A DNA stretch of 64,000 nucleotides from Candidatus Staskawiczbacteria bacterium (GCA_026395175.1 JAPLZF010000009.1:82083-146082); one strand, 5' to 3'. Counted from the first letter of the stretch, positions 37,187-48,258 are shown. Translations and numbers: made by a program. Notes: generated by a model not told the origin, from the sequence alone.

Positions 37187-38221
37187 CTATTCTTCTTCTA
37201 TTTCCCCAACTCTCCTCTTTTCTAAAAACTCTTTTGTAAACTCATAAATAATTCCAAAAACAGGCACGGCAAAAATCATTCCCAAAAATCCAAAAATTTC
37301 GGCTCCCAAAAATAAAGAAACCAAAACCAAAACCGGCGGAATGTCGGTCATTTTTTTCATTAAAAGCGGAGTTAAAAGCTTATTTTCTACCTCCTGAACC
37401 AATGTTACTGAAATCAAAACATAAAGCACCATCATCCAAGAGCCGGAAGAAACAGCAACTAGCACAATCAACAAAATGCTGGTTATCCATGGCCCAATAT
37501 ATGGCACAAAATTCAAAAACCCGGAAATTAAAGCCAAAATAAAAGCATATTTTATCCCAAATATAAAAAACACAATGTACGAGGCAACTCCAACAAACAA
37601 GCACGCCAGTAACCTTGCTCCAAACCAGCCGGCAACTTTTTTCTGGACTCTTTCAAAAATGTTTTTTATCTGGTCTTCATATCTTTGCGGGAATAATAGC
37701 AACAAAACTTTTTCTGGTGCGTTTTCTTCCAAAGAAAGAAAAAATGCCATGGTTAAAATAGATATTGTAGAAGCCAAACCGCCAAAAAATATCATAAGCG
37801 CCTTCAAAATACCCTGAGAATTTTGTTGCACGTATCCCGTAAGCACTTCTGACAAATCACTAAAATTTTGCGCAGTATCTATCCCAACCTGGTTTAAAAC
37901 CGGGCTAATTTGGCTGAAATAATTTGGTAAATTTTGGGAAAACTGGCCCATTTCAGAAATAAAAACTGGAGCTGAAAGGTAAATTAAAAGCCCTAAAATT
38001 CCAAAAATAGAAAGGTAAACAATAAGTATGGAAATAATTTTTGGTATGTGCCTTTTCCTTAAAGCGCTTATTGCCGGGTCCAGCAAAATAGAAATTGCTA
38101 CAGCAAAAAACAGCCAAAGTGCTATGTTCCGGGCCAAATAAATAATGTAAAAAATAAAAATCGCTATAAATATTTTTATAATAGTTTCCCAAGAAATATC
38201 TAATGTTTGTTCTTTGCTCAT
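37187..38221 (-). CDS. AI-2E family transporter (UPF0118/PerM-like)
   Basis: Eight-TM topology and the typical conserved C-terminal helix pattern. Confidence 0.7.
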   Translation of the reverse strand: MSKEQTLDISWETIIKIFIAIFIFYIIYLARNIALWLFFAVAISILLDPAISALRKRHIPKIISILIVYLSIFGILGLLIYLSAPVFISEMGQFSQNLPNYFSQISPVLNQVGIDTAQNFSDLSEVLTGYVQQNSQGILKALMIFFGGLASTISILTMAFFLSLEENAPEKVLLLLFPQRYEDQIKNIFERVQKKVAGWFGARLLACLFVGVASYIVFFIFGIKYAFILALISGFLNFVPYIGPWITSILLIVLVAVSSGSWMMVLYVLISVTLVQEVENKLLTPLLMKKMTDIPPVLVLVSLFLGAEIFGFLGMIFAVPVFGIIYEFTKEFLEKRRVGEIEEE

Positions 38222-38224
38222 TTA

Positions 38225-39496
38225 TTAAATCTTTAATAATTGTCTTAATCTTTCGTTCTCCTTTTCTTCAAACGGACCAATAATGGCTAAATTAAGCTTT
38301 TCGGGCAAAAATATGTCTTCTGCAATTTTCTGGATGTCATCAACCGAAACCTCGTCAATTTTTTTAAACTTTTCTTCCGGAGTCAGAATATTTTTTTCCA
38401 ATAATTCCTGCACTGCGTAAAAAGATGCCTGGCTGTCTGAAGAATCCAAAGACAAAGATGTAATGCCCTTTAAATAATCTTTTGCCTTCTGCAATTCTTT
38501 TTGCGTGATCTTTTTATCTTTCATACTTTTATATTCCTGCAATATTAATTTTACAGATTTTTCCAAATTTTTGTGGTCAATTCCGGCCTGCGTTACCAAA
38601 TATCCGGTGTCGGTGGAGCTATCGGCTGAAGTATGAATTGAATATGCCAAACCGTTCCTTTCCCTTACTTTTATAAAAAGCCGAGAACTCATATTTCCTC
38701 CCAAAATTATAGACAACAAAGCTAAAGCATATTTTCTTTTATCAAACAAATCATAAGCCCTGACTCCCAAACAAAAATGCGTCTGGTCTGTCTTTTTGTG
38801 ATGCAATAAAACTTCAGGTTTTAACTGGCTTTCTTTTACTTTAATTTTTTGCCCAGTTTTGCTGTCCTTTGAATTTTTAAAATAATTTTTTATTTTTTCT
38901 TCCATTTTATCTGAATTCACAGCTCCCGAAACACAGACAATTATATTAGATGGAGAATAATGAGCGTTATAATAATCCAAAACCTTTTTCCTGTTAAAGC
39001 CCAAAATGTTTTCTTTCTCGCCTATAACTCGCCAGCCGGCAGGAGTGTCGCCGTATAAAAGTTTTTCAAAAAGTTCTCCAACGTAAGCCATCGGCGTATC
39101 CAAATACATGTTTACCTCTTCAACTATTACTCCTTTTTCTCTTTCCATCTCTTTTTCATCAAACTTAGAATTCAAAAATATATCGCATATCCAATCTAAA
39201 GCAATGTCAGAATGCAATTTATCAACTTTTGCCCAAAATCCGGTAATTTCTTTTGAAGTAAAAGCATTGTATTCTCCGCCAACCGAATCCAAGGTTTCTG
39301 AAATTTTCAAAGTATTCGGCCGTTTTTGAGTGCCTTTAAAAAACATATGCTCTAAAAAATGAGAAATCCCATTTATGTCTTTTGTCTCATATTTTGACCC
39401 TGTGCCAACCAAAATTAAAGCCGTGACAGAATTGGCGTTTTCCATCGGGATTGTGATAACCCTTAGTCCGTTGCTTAAAGTTGTTTTTTTATACAT
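38225..39496 (-). CDS. M16 family (insulinase-like) zinc peptidase
   Basis: HFLEHMFFKGT inverted zinc-binding motif HxxEH. Confidence 0.8.
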   Translation of the reverse strand: MYKKTTLSNGLRVITIPMENANSVTALILVGTGSKYETKDINGISHFLEHMFFKGTQKRPNTLKISETLDSVGGEYNAFTSKEITGFWAKVDKLHSDIALDWICDIFLNSKFDEKEMEREKGVIVEEVNMYLDTPMAYVGELFEKLLYGDTPAGWRVIGEKENILGFNRKKVLDYYNAHYSPSNIIVCVSGAVNSDKMEEKIKNYFKNSKDSKTGQKIKVKESQLKPEVLLHHKKTDQTHFCLGVRAYDLFDKRKYALALLSIILGGNMSSRLFIKVRERNGLAYSIHTSADSSTDTGYLVTQAGIDHKNLEKSVKLILQEYKSMKDKKITQKELQKAKDYLKGITSLSLDSSDSQASFYAVQELLEKNILTPEEKFKKIDEVSVDDIQKIAEDIFLPEKLNLAIIGPFEEKENERLRQLLKI

Positions 39497-40170
39497 AGTT
39501 GTAATCTTATTTTTATTATTTGCCCAACCATTTTTACACGGCTTATAAAGCCTTTGCAAAACCCGTATTTTTTTTCTTTAATTATTATTGAGAGCTTGGG
39601 CAATTTTACATATTTTACGAGCAACTTTTTATTTATGCAATAATGGTTTAACGCCAGCTCCACTGCAAATTTTTGAATAAATTTTTCCGGAATGTCTTCT
39701 AATATAGCCCGCTTAATTGCCCGCTCTCCTCCAATTGCCAACAAAGGATCAATTTTTACAACCAGTTTAGGAAACCCAAAAAACCTGTCTCTTATTCCAA
39801 CACACATATCAGCATTATCTTTTACCATTGGCTCCAAAAGCAAATAAATATGTTTTTGTGATAAACCAATCAAATCTGCGTCAAAGAAAACAATAATTTC
39901 AGCATTGGTTGCATTCAAGCCTTGTTTCATTGCGTTTCCCTTGCCTTTGTTTTCAGATAACTTCAAAACTTTAACTCCCAGGTTTTTTCCAATTTCTGCG
40001 GTTTTGTCAGTCGAGCCATCATCAACCAAAATTACCTCATCCAAATCTTTCGAGCTTAAAAGAACTTTCAAAACATTCCCGACATTTTTTTCTTCGTTAT
40101 ATGCCGGCACAATCGCCGCAATCCTTCGACGTGGCTCAGGACCTTCGGTTTTTTCAACAAAGTTTATCAT
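39475..40170 (-). CDS. Family 2 glycosyltransferase (dolichol-phosphate mannosyltransferase-like)
   Basis: IVPAYNEE ... VDDGSTD GT-A motifs. Confidence 0.75.
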   Translation of the reverse strand: MINFVEKTEGPEPRRRIAAIVPAYNEEKNVGNVLKVLLSSKDLDEVILVDDGSTDKTAEIGKNLGVKVLKLSENKGKGNAMKQGLNATNAEIIVFFDADLIGLSQKHIYLLLEPMVKDNADMCVGIRDRFFGFPKLVVKIDPLLAIGGERAIKRAILEDIPEKFIQKFAVELALNHYCINKKLLVKYVKLPKLSIIIKEKKYGFCKGFISRVKMVGQIIKIRLQLCIKKQL

Positions 40171-41470
40171 TTAAATAATCTATCAAATCCTTTATCTTTA
40201 TTCTCTCCTGTTTCATTGTGTCGCGGTCTCTCACGGTCACGTCGTCATTTTCCAAAGTATCAAAATCAATTGTCACGCAAAACGGAGTTCCAATTTCATC
40301 CTGGCTGTAATAACGTTTCCCAATATTTCCCCTGTCGTCAAAGGCTACATTAAACCCTGAGCCTATCGAAGGGTTCCTCAACTGGATGTACACTTCTTTT
40401 GCTTTTGCAACTAATTCAGGCTTGTTTTTTAAAAGCGGAAACACAGCCACCTTATATGGAGCCAAACTTGGTTTTAGCTTTAAAACAACTCTATCTTTTT
40501 CTTCTACATAAGAATCGCAAAGCACCGCCAAAACCGACCTATCCACTCCAAAAGTCGGTTCAATAACATGCGGATAAAATTTTTCGCCGGATTCTGCGTC
40601 CTCGTATGGCGGTTCCTCAAAATGATTTTTTAAATCAAAATCTGTTCTATAGGCCAAACCATACAACTCGCTTTTTTCAAAAGGAAAGTCATATTCAATA
40701 TCTATAGTTTTTTTGGAATAATGAGCCCTATTCTCTGGCTCGCATTCGCAGTCATGAATATGTTCTTTTTTTAAGCCAAGATCATTTACCGTCCAATCCC
40801 ACATTTCTTTTTGCCAATAATCAAATACTTTTTCCCAATCAGCATCTTTTTTAGGAACTGGAATAAAATATTCAATTTCCATTTGCTCAAATTCACGAGT
40901 TCTAAAAATAAAATTTCCTGGAGTAACTTCATTTCTGAAAGCTTTTCCTGTTTGGGCGATACCAAAAGGAATTTTCCTTCTTGTTGTATCCAAAACATTT
41001 TTAAAATCAACAAACATCGACTGCGCAGTTTCAGGACGAAAATACACGGTGCTTGCGCTGTCTTCGGTTACGCCCAAAAAAGTTTTTAGCATTAAATTAA
41101 ATTGTCTCGGTTCGCCCAATTTTCCCCCGCAGTCAGGGCATTTCTTTGAATTTACATGGTCAGCTCTAAATCTCCTTTTGCATTTTTCGCATTCAACCAA
41201 TGGGTCAGCAAACTCTTTCAAATGGCCTGACGAGGCCCAAACTTTTGGATTCATAATTAAAGCCGCATCAATTCCAACCATGTCATCTCTTTTATGCACA
41301 AAACGCTTCCACCAAATATTTTTTATATTATTTTTCAACTCAACTCCCAGGGGCCCATAGTCAAACGAGTTTGCCAAACCGCCATAAATTTCAGAGCCGG
41401 GGAATATAAAACCCCGTCGCTTGCACAAAGATACAATTTTTTCCATTGAATTATTTTCTTCTTTTTTCAT
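40154..41470 (-). CDS. glyQS: Glycyl-tRNA synthetase (dimeric alpha2 type)
   Basis: Class II motifs with a GlyRS-specific N-terminus. Confidence 0.85.
   Translation of the reverse strand: MKKEENNSMEKIVSLCKRRGFIFPGSEIYGGLANSFDYGPLGVELKNNIKNIWWKRFVHKRDDMVGIDAALIMNPKVWASSGHLKEFADPLVECEKCKRRFRADHVNSKKCPDCGGKLGEPRQFNLMLKTFLGVTEDSASTVYFRPETAQSMFVDFKNVLDTTRRKIPFGIAQTGKAFRNEVTPGNFIFRTREFEQMEIEYFIPVPKKDADWEKVFDYWQKEMWDWTVNDLGLKKEHIHDCECEPENRAHYSKKTIDIEYDFPFEKSELYGLAYRTDFDLKNHFEEPPYEDAESGEKFYPHVIEPTFGVDRSVLAVLCDSYVEEKDRVVLKLKPSLAPYKVAVFPLLKNKPELVAKAKEVYIQLRNPSIGSGFNVAFDDRGNIGKRYYSQDEIGTPFCVTIDFDTLENDDVTVRDRDTMKQERIKIKDLIDYLNDKLC
40365..40383 (+). repeat. Repeat family C copy in glyQS (NPSIGSGF)
   Basis: ccctgagcctatcgaaggg. 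Confidence 0.6.
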
Positions 41471-41482
41471 AAATATATTATT

Positions 41483-42040
41483 CTAAGGATTTCCCACAGG
41501 CGGTATAAAAACAGCCAATGCCAATACTGTTGTCCACAAGCCGTCTTCGTTGCCTTGAGCTGACTGCGTTATGCTTGTTGTCGTGACAATCTTGTCTGAC
41601 ATTTTAAAAACTTTTTCCTTCTCATCCCAAGCTGAGTTAGGGTCAAACGCAACGCCTAAAGTCGTCGCCAGCATTGTCGCCGCCAAATCTTCAGCCATAT
41701 CCGATGCTTTTCCTTCGGTTTCTCCAAAAGGGTGATGCTCTGATAAATATCCATGCTGATTTTCTTCTGCAGGAACCGCGCATCCTACCGAAGCTGCAAT
41801 TAATCTGTTTGGCTCATTTGTCGCGTTTCTTGCCATAACACAAAAAACAACTTCTCCTGGCTTTAAGTATTCAATGCCTTCCTCTTTTTTAATTCTTTCG
41901 CATCTTGGAGGCAAAATGCTTGAAACCGAAACCAAATTAAATTTTTCAATTCCGGCATCTCGCAAAGCCATCTCAAAAGACATAAGTTGCTCTTTGGCGA
42001 CTCCTACGCCTTTTGTAAAAAACATTTTACACGGTATCAT
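41483..42040 (-). CDS. pdaD: Pyruvoyl-dependent arginine decarboxylase
   Basis: MIPxxxFFTKGVG N-terminus and LVSVSSILP conserved block. Confidence 0.65.
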   Translation of the reverse strand: MIPCKMFFTKGVGVAKEQLMSFEMALRDAGIEKFNLVSVSSILPPRCERIKKEEGIEYLKPGEVVFCVMARNATNEPNRLIAASVGCAVPAEENQHGYLSEHHPFGETEGKASDMAEDLAATMLATTLGVAFDPNSAWDEKEKVFKMSDKIVTTTSITQSAQGNEDGLWTTVLALAVFIPPVGNP

Positions 42041-42088
42041 ATTTTTATTGGTTAAAATTTTTAATAATTTATTTTACTTTATTTTTTA

Positions 42089-43750
42089 TCATTGGACAAT
42101 ACCTCCGCCAGAATTGGAAAAATCATCGGGTAGGCTTGTATTTATTCCAGAATCTTGAGATGTAACCGTTGTATTTGTAAACTGGTTTTCTCCCGAAATT
42201 TGAGCCGGGCCAATAAGAGAAGCAACAGATCCTTTTTGCGAACTGTCCGGAGTTAAGGAAACCTGGAAAGAAAGAGTTACCGGGTCTCCATTCACTCCTG
42301 TGCCGGCTAGGATGTCGCCAGAGGACCAAACAATCTCACGGCTGGCCGAGTCATAAGAAAAGTTCGACGACTCATCCTGGGGCATAATTTGTCCGGTCAA
42401 GCTAACATTTTTCGGCAAAGTTGCTTTTACTTTTACATTTTTTGCATCATTAAAATAATTTTTTATTTCCCAATTTATAGTGTACGTGGTTGCCTGACCG
42501 GCTTTTGGCGGGGTAGGTCCCGAATTTGGAATATCAGAATCTTGGTAATATCCTTTTTGAGAAATCACCAGTCCGGAACTCACTTTTATTGAAAACTTCT
42601 GGGTAATTTGCGAAACATTAATTTCATCGGTTATGGTTGTATTGCTTGCATCCGAGCCGGAAGGATTCCAATTGCTTTTCACTTTTACCGAAAAATCAAC
42701 CTCTCCTTCCTGTTGCACATCCAAATGCGCCAATTGCGGAACTTGGCTGTGGTCCCAAACAATCATGTTGTCATCCGGTTGAGCTTTACCATTTTCGTCT
42801 GGTTGAATTGTAGACATATCCAATGCCGGACTATCAAGCTTTGCCACCAAAAATAAATTATCAAACGGGGTAGAACCTATATTGGTGAAAAAAATTTTAT
42901 AATGCAAGGTTTCGCCAGGTAAAGCAACATAAGAGGCCGAACCGTTAACCTGCTGAGAAATAAACAGCAACGGCTGTATAACCTGAACCTCAACGCTGGC
43001 TTGTTTTATCACAATAAAATTTCCCTTTTGCCACATTCCAAGCGAAGCTGAAAAAGTCAAATTCTGATTGGTAGTGGCGGAAACTTTTCCCGTAATATTT
43101 ATTCTTCCCCCTTGCGCTTTATTCAAAGTCTGCAATTTCCATTCTGAATTATCCAAAGATTTAGGGTCTGAAGAAACAAAATCAAAACCGGGCGTAGGAT
43201 CAATTTTAACGCTTAAGTTTTCCAGCGGGTAATCCACATTTGAAAAATAATTTATTGAATACTGCAAACTTTTTTCCTGCTCCACCTTAGTTGGCAAATC
43301 AAAATCCAAAGTAATCGGGCTTGCGTCAATTTTGGTTATAAAAGTGGTATTTGATTCATAAGTAGCTGTTATGTTTTTTGGTATATAGGAAATAGATGCC
43401 TTGGCGGTTTTCAAATCTCCGTCTTTGCCCAAAAGCCGAGCTTTGAATTTTACAGATTCCTGGTCTCCAGGATATATGTCGTTTAGACTTTGGACAATTA
43501 TTGTTTTGCCGTCTTCAGTCAAAGAATTATCCGGCAAAACAAAAGTCAGCTTTGGATTCTGCAAAACAAAATTTCCGTTGTTTTTATATTGCACAGTATA
43601 TTCTATTTCATCTCCTATTTTGGCATTGTCTGGCCCCAAAATTTCAACTTTTAAAATTTCCTTTGAAAACATCCCTTCCCTGTAAAACAAAAAGACGACA
43701 AAAATCACCACTATAACCCCAAATATTATAAAAAATGTTTTTTTGTTCAT
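42089..43750 (-). CDS. Cell-surface protein with an N-terminal TM anchor and repeated beta-rich (DUF11/CARDB-like) domains
   Basis: N-terminal hydrophobic helix followed by S/T/N-rich repetitive segments. Confidence 0.5.
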   Translation of the reverse strand: MNKKTFFIIFGVIVVIFVVFLFYREGMFSKEILKVEILGPDNAKIGDEIEYTVQYKNNGNFVLQNPKLTFVLPDNSLTEDGKTIIVQSLNDIYPGDQESVKFKARLLGKDGDLKTAKASISYIPKNITATYESNTTFITKIDASPITLDFDLPTKVEQEKSLQYSINYFSNVDYPLENLSVKIDPTPGFDFVSSDPKSLDNSEWKLQTLNKAQGGRINITGKVSATTNQNLTFSASLGMWQKGNFIVIKQASVEVQVIQPLLFISQQVNGSASYVALPGETLHYKIFFTNIGSTPFDNLFLVAKLDSPALDMSTIQPDENGKAQPDDNMIVWDHSQVPQLAHLDVQQEGEVDFSVKVKSNWNPSGSDASNTTITDEINVSQITQKFSIKVSSGLVISQKGYYQDSDIPNSGPTPPKAGQATTYTINWEIKNYFNDAKNVKVKATLPKNVSLTGQIMPQDESSNFSYDSASREIVWSSGDILAGTGVNGDPVTLSFQVSLTPDSSQKGSVASLIGPAQISGENQFTNTTVTSQDSGINTSLPDDFSNSGGGIVQ

Positions 43751-43786
43751 ATTTTTTATTAGTTTATTATATCACTAAAATTAGAA

Positions 43787-44500
43787 TTAAGATGGACAAA
43801 ACGAATTAAAAGCATTTTCTGAAATTTCTGACAGCATTTTCTGATAAGCCGGTTCAACTTTTAATTTAGACAATGTCTGCCAATCTTTTGATAAAATAAT
43901 CCTTAATATTTTTACAATGTCTGAATTCACTATTTTTGCTGATTTGTCGTTGCTAAAACATTTTTCGCAAATAATGCCGCCTTCTTTAGCAGAAAAATAA
44001 ATACTGCGCGGGTTTAATTTTTCATGGCAATTTGCGCAATTCTGGACTTCGCAATGGTACCCCAGCAAAGAAAAAACATTCCACAAAAAATAATAATAAA
44101 CTAATTGCTTGTTCTTAACCTGCCCATTTAATCTTTCAATTGTTTCGTCTAATAAATTAAAAATATCTTTGTCTTTTTGTTCGCCTTTTACAAAATTATC
44201 CAAAACTTCTGCTATTTTGTTGGCAATTTCAAACTTCTCCAAGTCACAATAAACATTGCCAAACTTTTTAGTTGCCACGGCATCCGTGAGGGTTTTCTTT
44301 ATTTTGCCCTGTATAAATTCTATTTCCGACACAAAAAAAATATCAATTCCGCTTCTTAATTTTGAAGCATTTTTTCTTATGGCTTTGGCAAAAATATCCA
44401 ATCTTCCAAAGTCGTCTGTAAAAACAGAAAAAACCCTGTCTGATTCATTTGCATCATTCTTTTTAAAAACAAAAGCTCTTGTTTTATAGCGAGTCGTCAT
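43787..44500 (-). CDS. recO: DNA repair protein RecO
   Basis: OB-fold N-terminus and C-terminal zinc finger CANCHEKL...CEKC. Confidence 0.75.
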   Translation of the reverse strand: MTTRYKTRAFVFKKNDANESDRVFSVFTDDFGRLDIFAKAIRKNASKLRSGIDIFFVSEIEFIQGKIKKTLTDAVATKKFGNVYCDLEKFEIANKIAEVLDNFVKGEQKDKDIFNLLDETIERLNGQVKNKQLVYYYFLWNVFSLLGYHCEVQNCANCHEKLNPRSIYFSAKEGGIICEKCFSNDKSAKIVNSDIVKILRIILSKDWQTLSKLKVEPAYQKMLSEISENAFNSFCPS

Positions 44501-44874
44501 TTTATCCCGCCAATTTTTTTGAAAAAACTTATTTCTTTCCTGATGTCTGCATGCTCTTTTGGAGTTTTGGCGCCAAGCAATTTTTTATTGAGCCCTGCAA
44601 TGCTTCTGTTCAAATCTGTCTTAGAAACATTAGAGCCATAAACTTGAGGAATATCTTTTTTTATCAATTCTGCTCTTTGCGCCGGACTCAAGTTAAGCCC
44701 CGCACTTCTCTCAGCCTGCCAAACTCCGGCATCTGTTCTCATTTTTTGCTCCAATGCCTTTCTTGAAATTTCCGGCTTTCCACCGAAGATTGAGCCGTCC
44801 TGCTTTGCCGGCTGGCTTGGCATTGATTTTTGCGGAGTTTGCGGTATTTTTGATCCCATTTTTTGATTATCCAT
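44497..44874 (-). CDS. Hypothetical protein
   Basis: ORF overlapping the recO start by 4 nt; Pro/Gln-rich N-terminus. Confidence 0.4.
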   Translation of the reverse strand: MDNQKMGSKIPQTPQKSMPSQPAKQDGSIFGGKPEISRKALEQKMRTDAGVWQAERSAGLNLSPAQRAELIKKDIPQVYGSNVSKTDLNRSIAGLNKKLLGAKTPKEHADIRKEISFFKKIGGIK

Positions 44875-44879
44875 ATTTT

Positions 44880-47672
44880 TTATTTTTTAATAATATTTAT
44901 TTTTGTTTTGTCGGCTTCAACGTTTTCATCTTTTACAAAAATTTCCACTGCTCTGAATTCTTTCAGCAAAAATTCCTTATTCTTTTCTATAATCAATTTC
45001 TCTTTTTCAGAGACAAACATTTCAACAGAAATTTTATCTTGCGGAACCAATTTTTGTTCTTTTCTTTGGTTTTGTACTGCCCTTATAATTTCCCGCAATG
45101 TTCCCTCTTCTTTTAATTCTTCTGTAAGATTTATGTCCAGCTCAACTTCGCCTGCAATTTTGTCATCAAAAATAATTTCTTTTACATTCACTTCATCTTT
45201 TACCAATCCCAACAAATCATTTTCATTTTTTATTTTAGCTTTTATATTTTTTATTTTCAGTAAAGCCAACGGCTGTTTTACTTTAACTCCTTTTGCAATT
45301 CTTTCGGCCAAAGCTAAGTTAACAACCGTTCTCACTTCATTCATTTTTTCTTCCAGGTCATTATTAATTTTCTTTTTGTCCACATCTGGCCAGATGCATA
45401 AATGCACTGACTCTGGTGTATCATTTGTTTTTACCTGCTGATAAATTTCCTCTGCAAAAAATGGCATTGCCGGAGACATCAATAAAGATACATAATTTAA
45501 AACATATCGCAGGGTAGCCAATGCGTCTTTTTTGTCTTGCCCGTCTTCCTTAAAGCGTTCTCGGCTTCTCCTTAAATACCAGACAGAAAAGTCATCAATA
45601 AAGTCAGTCAATGGTCGTGTAGCCAAATCTAATCTGTAACTTTCATAACCCTCTGTAATATTTTTTATCAACCCGTTAAGTCGAGATATTATCCATTGGT
45701 CAAGCAAATTTTTGCTTTTATTGCTTGCCGGAGTGCCGTCTGCATAAAGCTGATAAAAAGATAAAACGTTGTAAAGCCTGCTGATATTTTTGTTTGCAAT
45801 TTCGGCAACACCTTTTTCAGAAAACGCCAGATTGTCTGCCTGCACCACAGGCGAGCTCAACATATAAAACCTCATTGCATCTGCTCCATACTTTTCCATT
45901 ACTTCTTTTGGATCTGGATAGTTTTTTAACTTTTTAGACATTTTTTTGCCGTCTTCAGCCAAAACAATTCCGGTTACAATGCAATTTTTAAATGCTTCCT
46001 TGCCAAATAAAGCTCCAACCAAAACATGCTGGTAATAAAACCAAGCCCTTGTTTGGTCTTGAGCTTCTCCAATAAAATCTGCCGGAATATGCTTTTTGGT
46101 GGCAAATGGCACCGACCCAGAATCAAACCAAGTGTCCAAAACATCGGGCACCCTTTTCATTTTGTCGCCACAACTGCAATCAAAAACCACTTCATCAACA
46201 ACATCTTTATGCAAATCAACAACTTTTATTCCGCTGGCTTTCTCAAGTTCTTCTGCCGACGCAAAAACAATTTCTTTTTTGCATTTTTGGCATCTCCACA
46301 CAGGAATTGTATTTGCCCAAAAACGCTGGCGTGAAATAGACCAGTCTCTGGCTCCTTCTAACCACTGGCCAAATCTTCCTTCTTTTATATGCGTTGGCAC
46401 CCAGTGTATTTTTTTTGCGGTCTTCAACAATATTGATTTTATTTTCTCAACTGCAACAAACCACGAACTTGTAGCATAATTCAACAAAGCAGTATCACAC
46501 CTCCAGCAATGCGGGTAGCTGTGCTCATATTTTTCATATTTAAATAACAATCCTTTTTCTTCCAAATATTTTACTATTGTCAAATCTGCTTCGCGAATTT
46601 CTTCGGGCTTATCTTTTGCCCGAGGCTTTAAATCAAGCCCGGCAAACTCGCCAGTCTCCTCTTTAAATGTGCCGTCCATTTTTACGTGCTGGACAAATGG
46701 CAAGCTTTCTTTTTTGCCAAGTATCATATCGTCTGTTCCAAATGCTGGTGCTATATGAACAATTCCTGTTCCATCTTGTGTATTCACAAAATCAGCAGAA
46801 TAAACCTTTCCACTTTTTATATAATAATCAAACAATGGCTCATATTCCAGCCCAACCAAATCTTTCCCTAAAATATTTTTTACAATTTTATATTCCTTCT
46901 CATTAAAAATATCTTTTACTCTTTCTTCTGCTAAAATATAATTATTATTTTCAAATTCCACAACTACATAATTTATTTTCTCGCCAACTGCCAATGCAAC
47001 GTTGCCGGGCAAAGTCCAAGGAGTTGTAGTCCAAGCCAAAAAATAACCATCTTTTGTTTTAAACTTTAATGTTGCCGACAAATCTTTTATGTCTTTATAG
47101 CCTTCTGCAACTTCACCCTGGCTTAATGTTGTTTCGCACCGTGGACAAATATGAAGCGACCGGTAATCTTCATAAATAAGCCCCTTCTTATATAATTCTT
47201 TAAATGCCCACCATTCTGCCTGCATATACTCAAAATCCATAGTGCGATATGGGTTTTTCATATCAGCCCATCTGCCGAATCGTGGTATTATAGTCTCCCA
47301 CTCGTGAATAAAAGTAAAAATTTGTTCACGGCACAAATCATTAAATTTTTTGACTCCCATGGCTACAATATCCTTTTTGGATTTTGTGCCAAGGCTTTTT
47401 TCAACAATGTTTTCAATTGGCAAACCATGGCAATCCCAGCCCCATTGCCTTTCAACATAAAAACCCTGCATCGTTTTATACCGGGGAATTGCGTCTTTAA
47501 CCACGCTTTGAAGCAAGTGGCCATAATGCGGAGTTCCTGTGGCAAATGGCGGACCATCATAAAACACAAAAGCTTTTTTGTTTTTTGTCTGTTCTAAAGA
47601 TTTCTCAAAAATCTTATTCTCCTGCCAAAATTTTAATATTTTATTTTCCTCCTCAGAATAATTATACGGCAT
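44880..47672 (-). CDS. ileS: Isoleucyl-tRNA synthetase
   Basis: HIGH (PHYGH) and KMSKK motifs; CP1 editing domain. Confidence 0.9.
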   Translation of the reverse strand: MPYNYSEEENKILKFWQENKIFEKSLEQTKNKKAFVFYDGPPFATGTPHYGHLLQSVVKDAIPRYKTMQGFYVERQWGWDCHGLPIENIVEKSLGTKSKKDIVAMGVKKFNDLCREQIFTFIHEWETIIPRFGRWADMKNPYRTMDFEYMQAEWWAFKELYKKGLIYEDYRSLHICPRCETTLSQGEVAEGYKDIKDLSATLKFKTKDGYFLAWTTTPWTLPGNVALAVGEKINYVVVEFENNNYILAEERVKDIFNEKEYKIVKNILGKDLVGLEYEPLFDYYIKSGKVYSADFVNTQDGTGIVHIAPAFGTDDMILGKKESLPFVQHVKMDGTFKEETGEFAGLDLKPRAKDKPEEIREADLTIVKYLEEKGLLFKYEKYEHSYPHCWRCDTALLNYATSSWFVAVEKIKSILLKTAKKIHWVPTHIKEGRFGQWLEGARDWSISRQRFWANTIPVWRCQKCKKEIVFASAEELEKASGIKVVDLHKDVVDEVVFDCSCGDKMKRVPDVLDTWFDSGSVPFATKKHIPADFIGEAQDQTRAWFYYQHVLVGALFGKEAFKNCIVTGIVLAEDGKKMSKKLKNYPDPKEVMEKYGADAMRFYMLSSPVVQADNLAFSEKGVAEIANKNISRLYNVLSFYQLYADGTPASNKSKNLLDQWIISRLNGLIKNITEGYESYRLDLATRPLTDFIDDFSVWYLRRSRERFKEDGQDKKDALATLRYVLNYVSLLMSPAMPFFAEEIYQQVKTNDTPESVHLCIWPDVDKKKINNDLEEKMNEVRTVVNLALAERIAKGVKVKQPLALLKIKNIKAKIKNENDLLGLVKDEVNVKEIIFDDKIAGEVELDINLTEELKEEGTLREIIRAVQNQRKEQKLVPQDKISVEMFVSEKEKLIIEKNKEFLLKEFRAVEIFVKDENVEADKTKINIIKK

Positions 47673-47676
47673 ATGT

Positions 47677-48258
47677 TTAATTTAGTTGTCTTAGTTCTGC
47701 TGTGCCAATTTCCTCTCTTTTTAAATAAAAATCTTTGTTTGGTATTCCTTTGACCGTGCAACTTAAAAAAAGAATTGGAAGCTCGTGGCTGATTATTAAA
47801 ATATTTTTACCTTTGTATTTTTTGTCTGTGTCTTTCAAAAAATCTACCATTCGTTTTTTAATCTCAATGTATGTTTCGCCGTTTTTCGGCCTTATCTTAA
47901 ACCTTCTCAAACCTCTTTCGCCAAAAAAAATACTCATCCCCATAAAAGGCAACCCGTTAAAATCTCCTGCCCCTTGCTCTCTCAGCCTTTTATCAATTTT
48001 TGGCTTTATATGCAAAATTTTTCCCACAATTTCAGCTGTCATTTTTGTTCTCAGCAACGGAGAACAAAAAATTAAATCAATGCTTCGACCCTGCTCAGCA
48101 CAGGTGTTTTTAAGCTTTTTGGCTGTTTCTTTTGCTTTCTGCCTGCCAATTTTTGTTAAAGGATTATAAAATTTTTCCGGCCAGCAGGATACAAGCTCTT
48201 TTACGTTTGAAATTGCCTGCCCGTGCCGCATTATATAATATTTGTTATTTAGCTTCAT
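47677..48258 (-). CDS. Histidine phosphatase (phosphoglycerate mutase-like) family protein
   Basis: IMRHGQAISN RHG catalytic motif. Confidence 0.7.
   Translation of the reverse strand: MKLNNKYYIMRHGQAISNVKELVSCWPEKFYNPLTKIGRQKAKETAKKLKNTCAEQGRSIDLIFCSPLLRTKMTAEIVGKILHIKPKIDKRLREQGAGDFNGLPFMGMSIFFGERGLRRFKIRPKNGETYIEIKKRMVDFLKDTDKKYKGKNILIISHELPILFLSCTVKGIPNKDFYLKREEIGTAELRQLN

Noticed and set aside
42089-43750. Large surface protein as part of the GC-rich family
   Set aside because: AT-rich like the host, no shared leader, no shared C-terminal motif.
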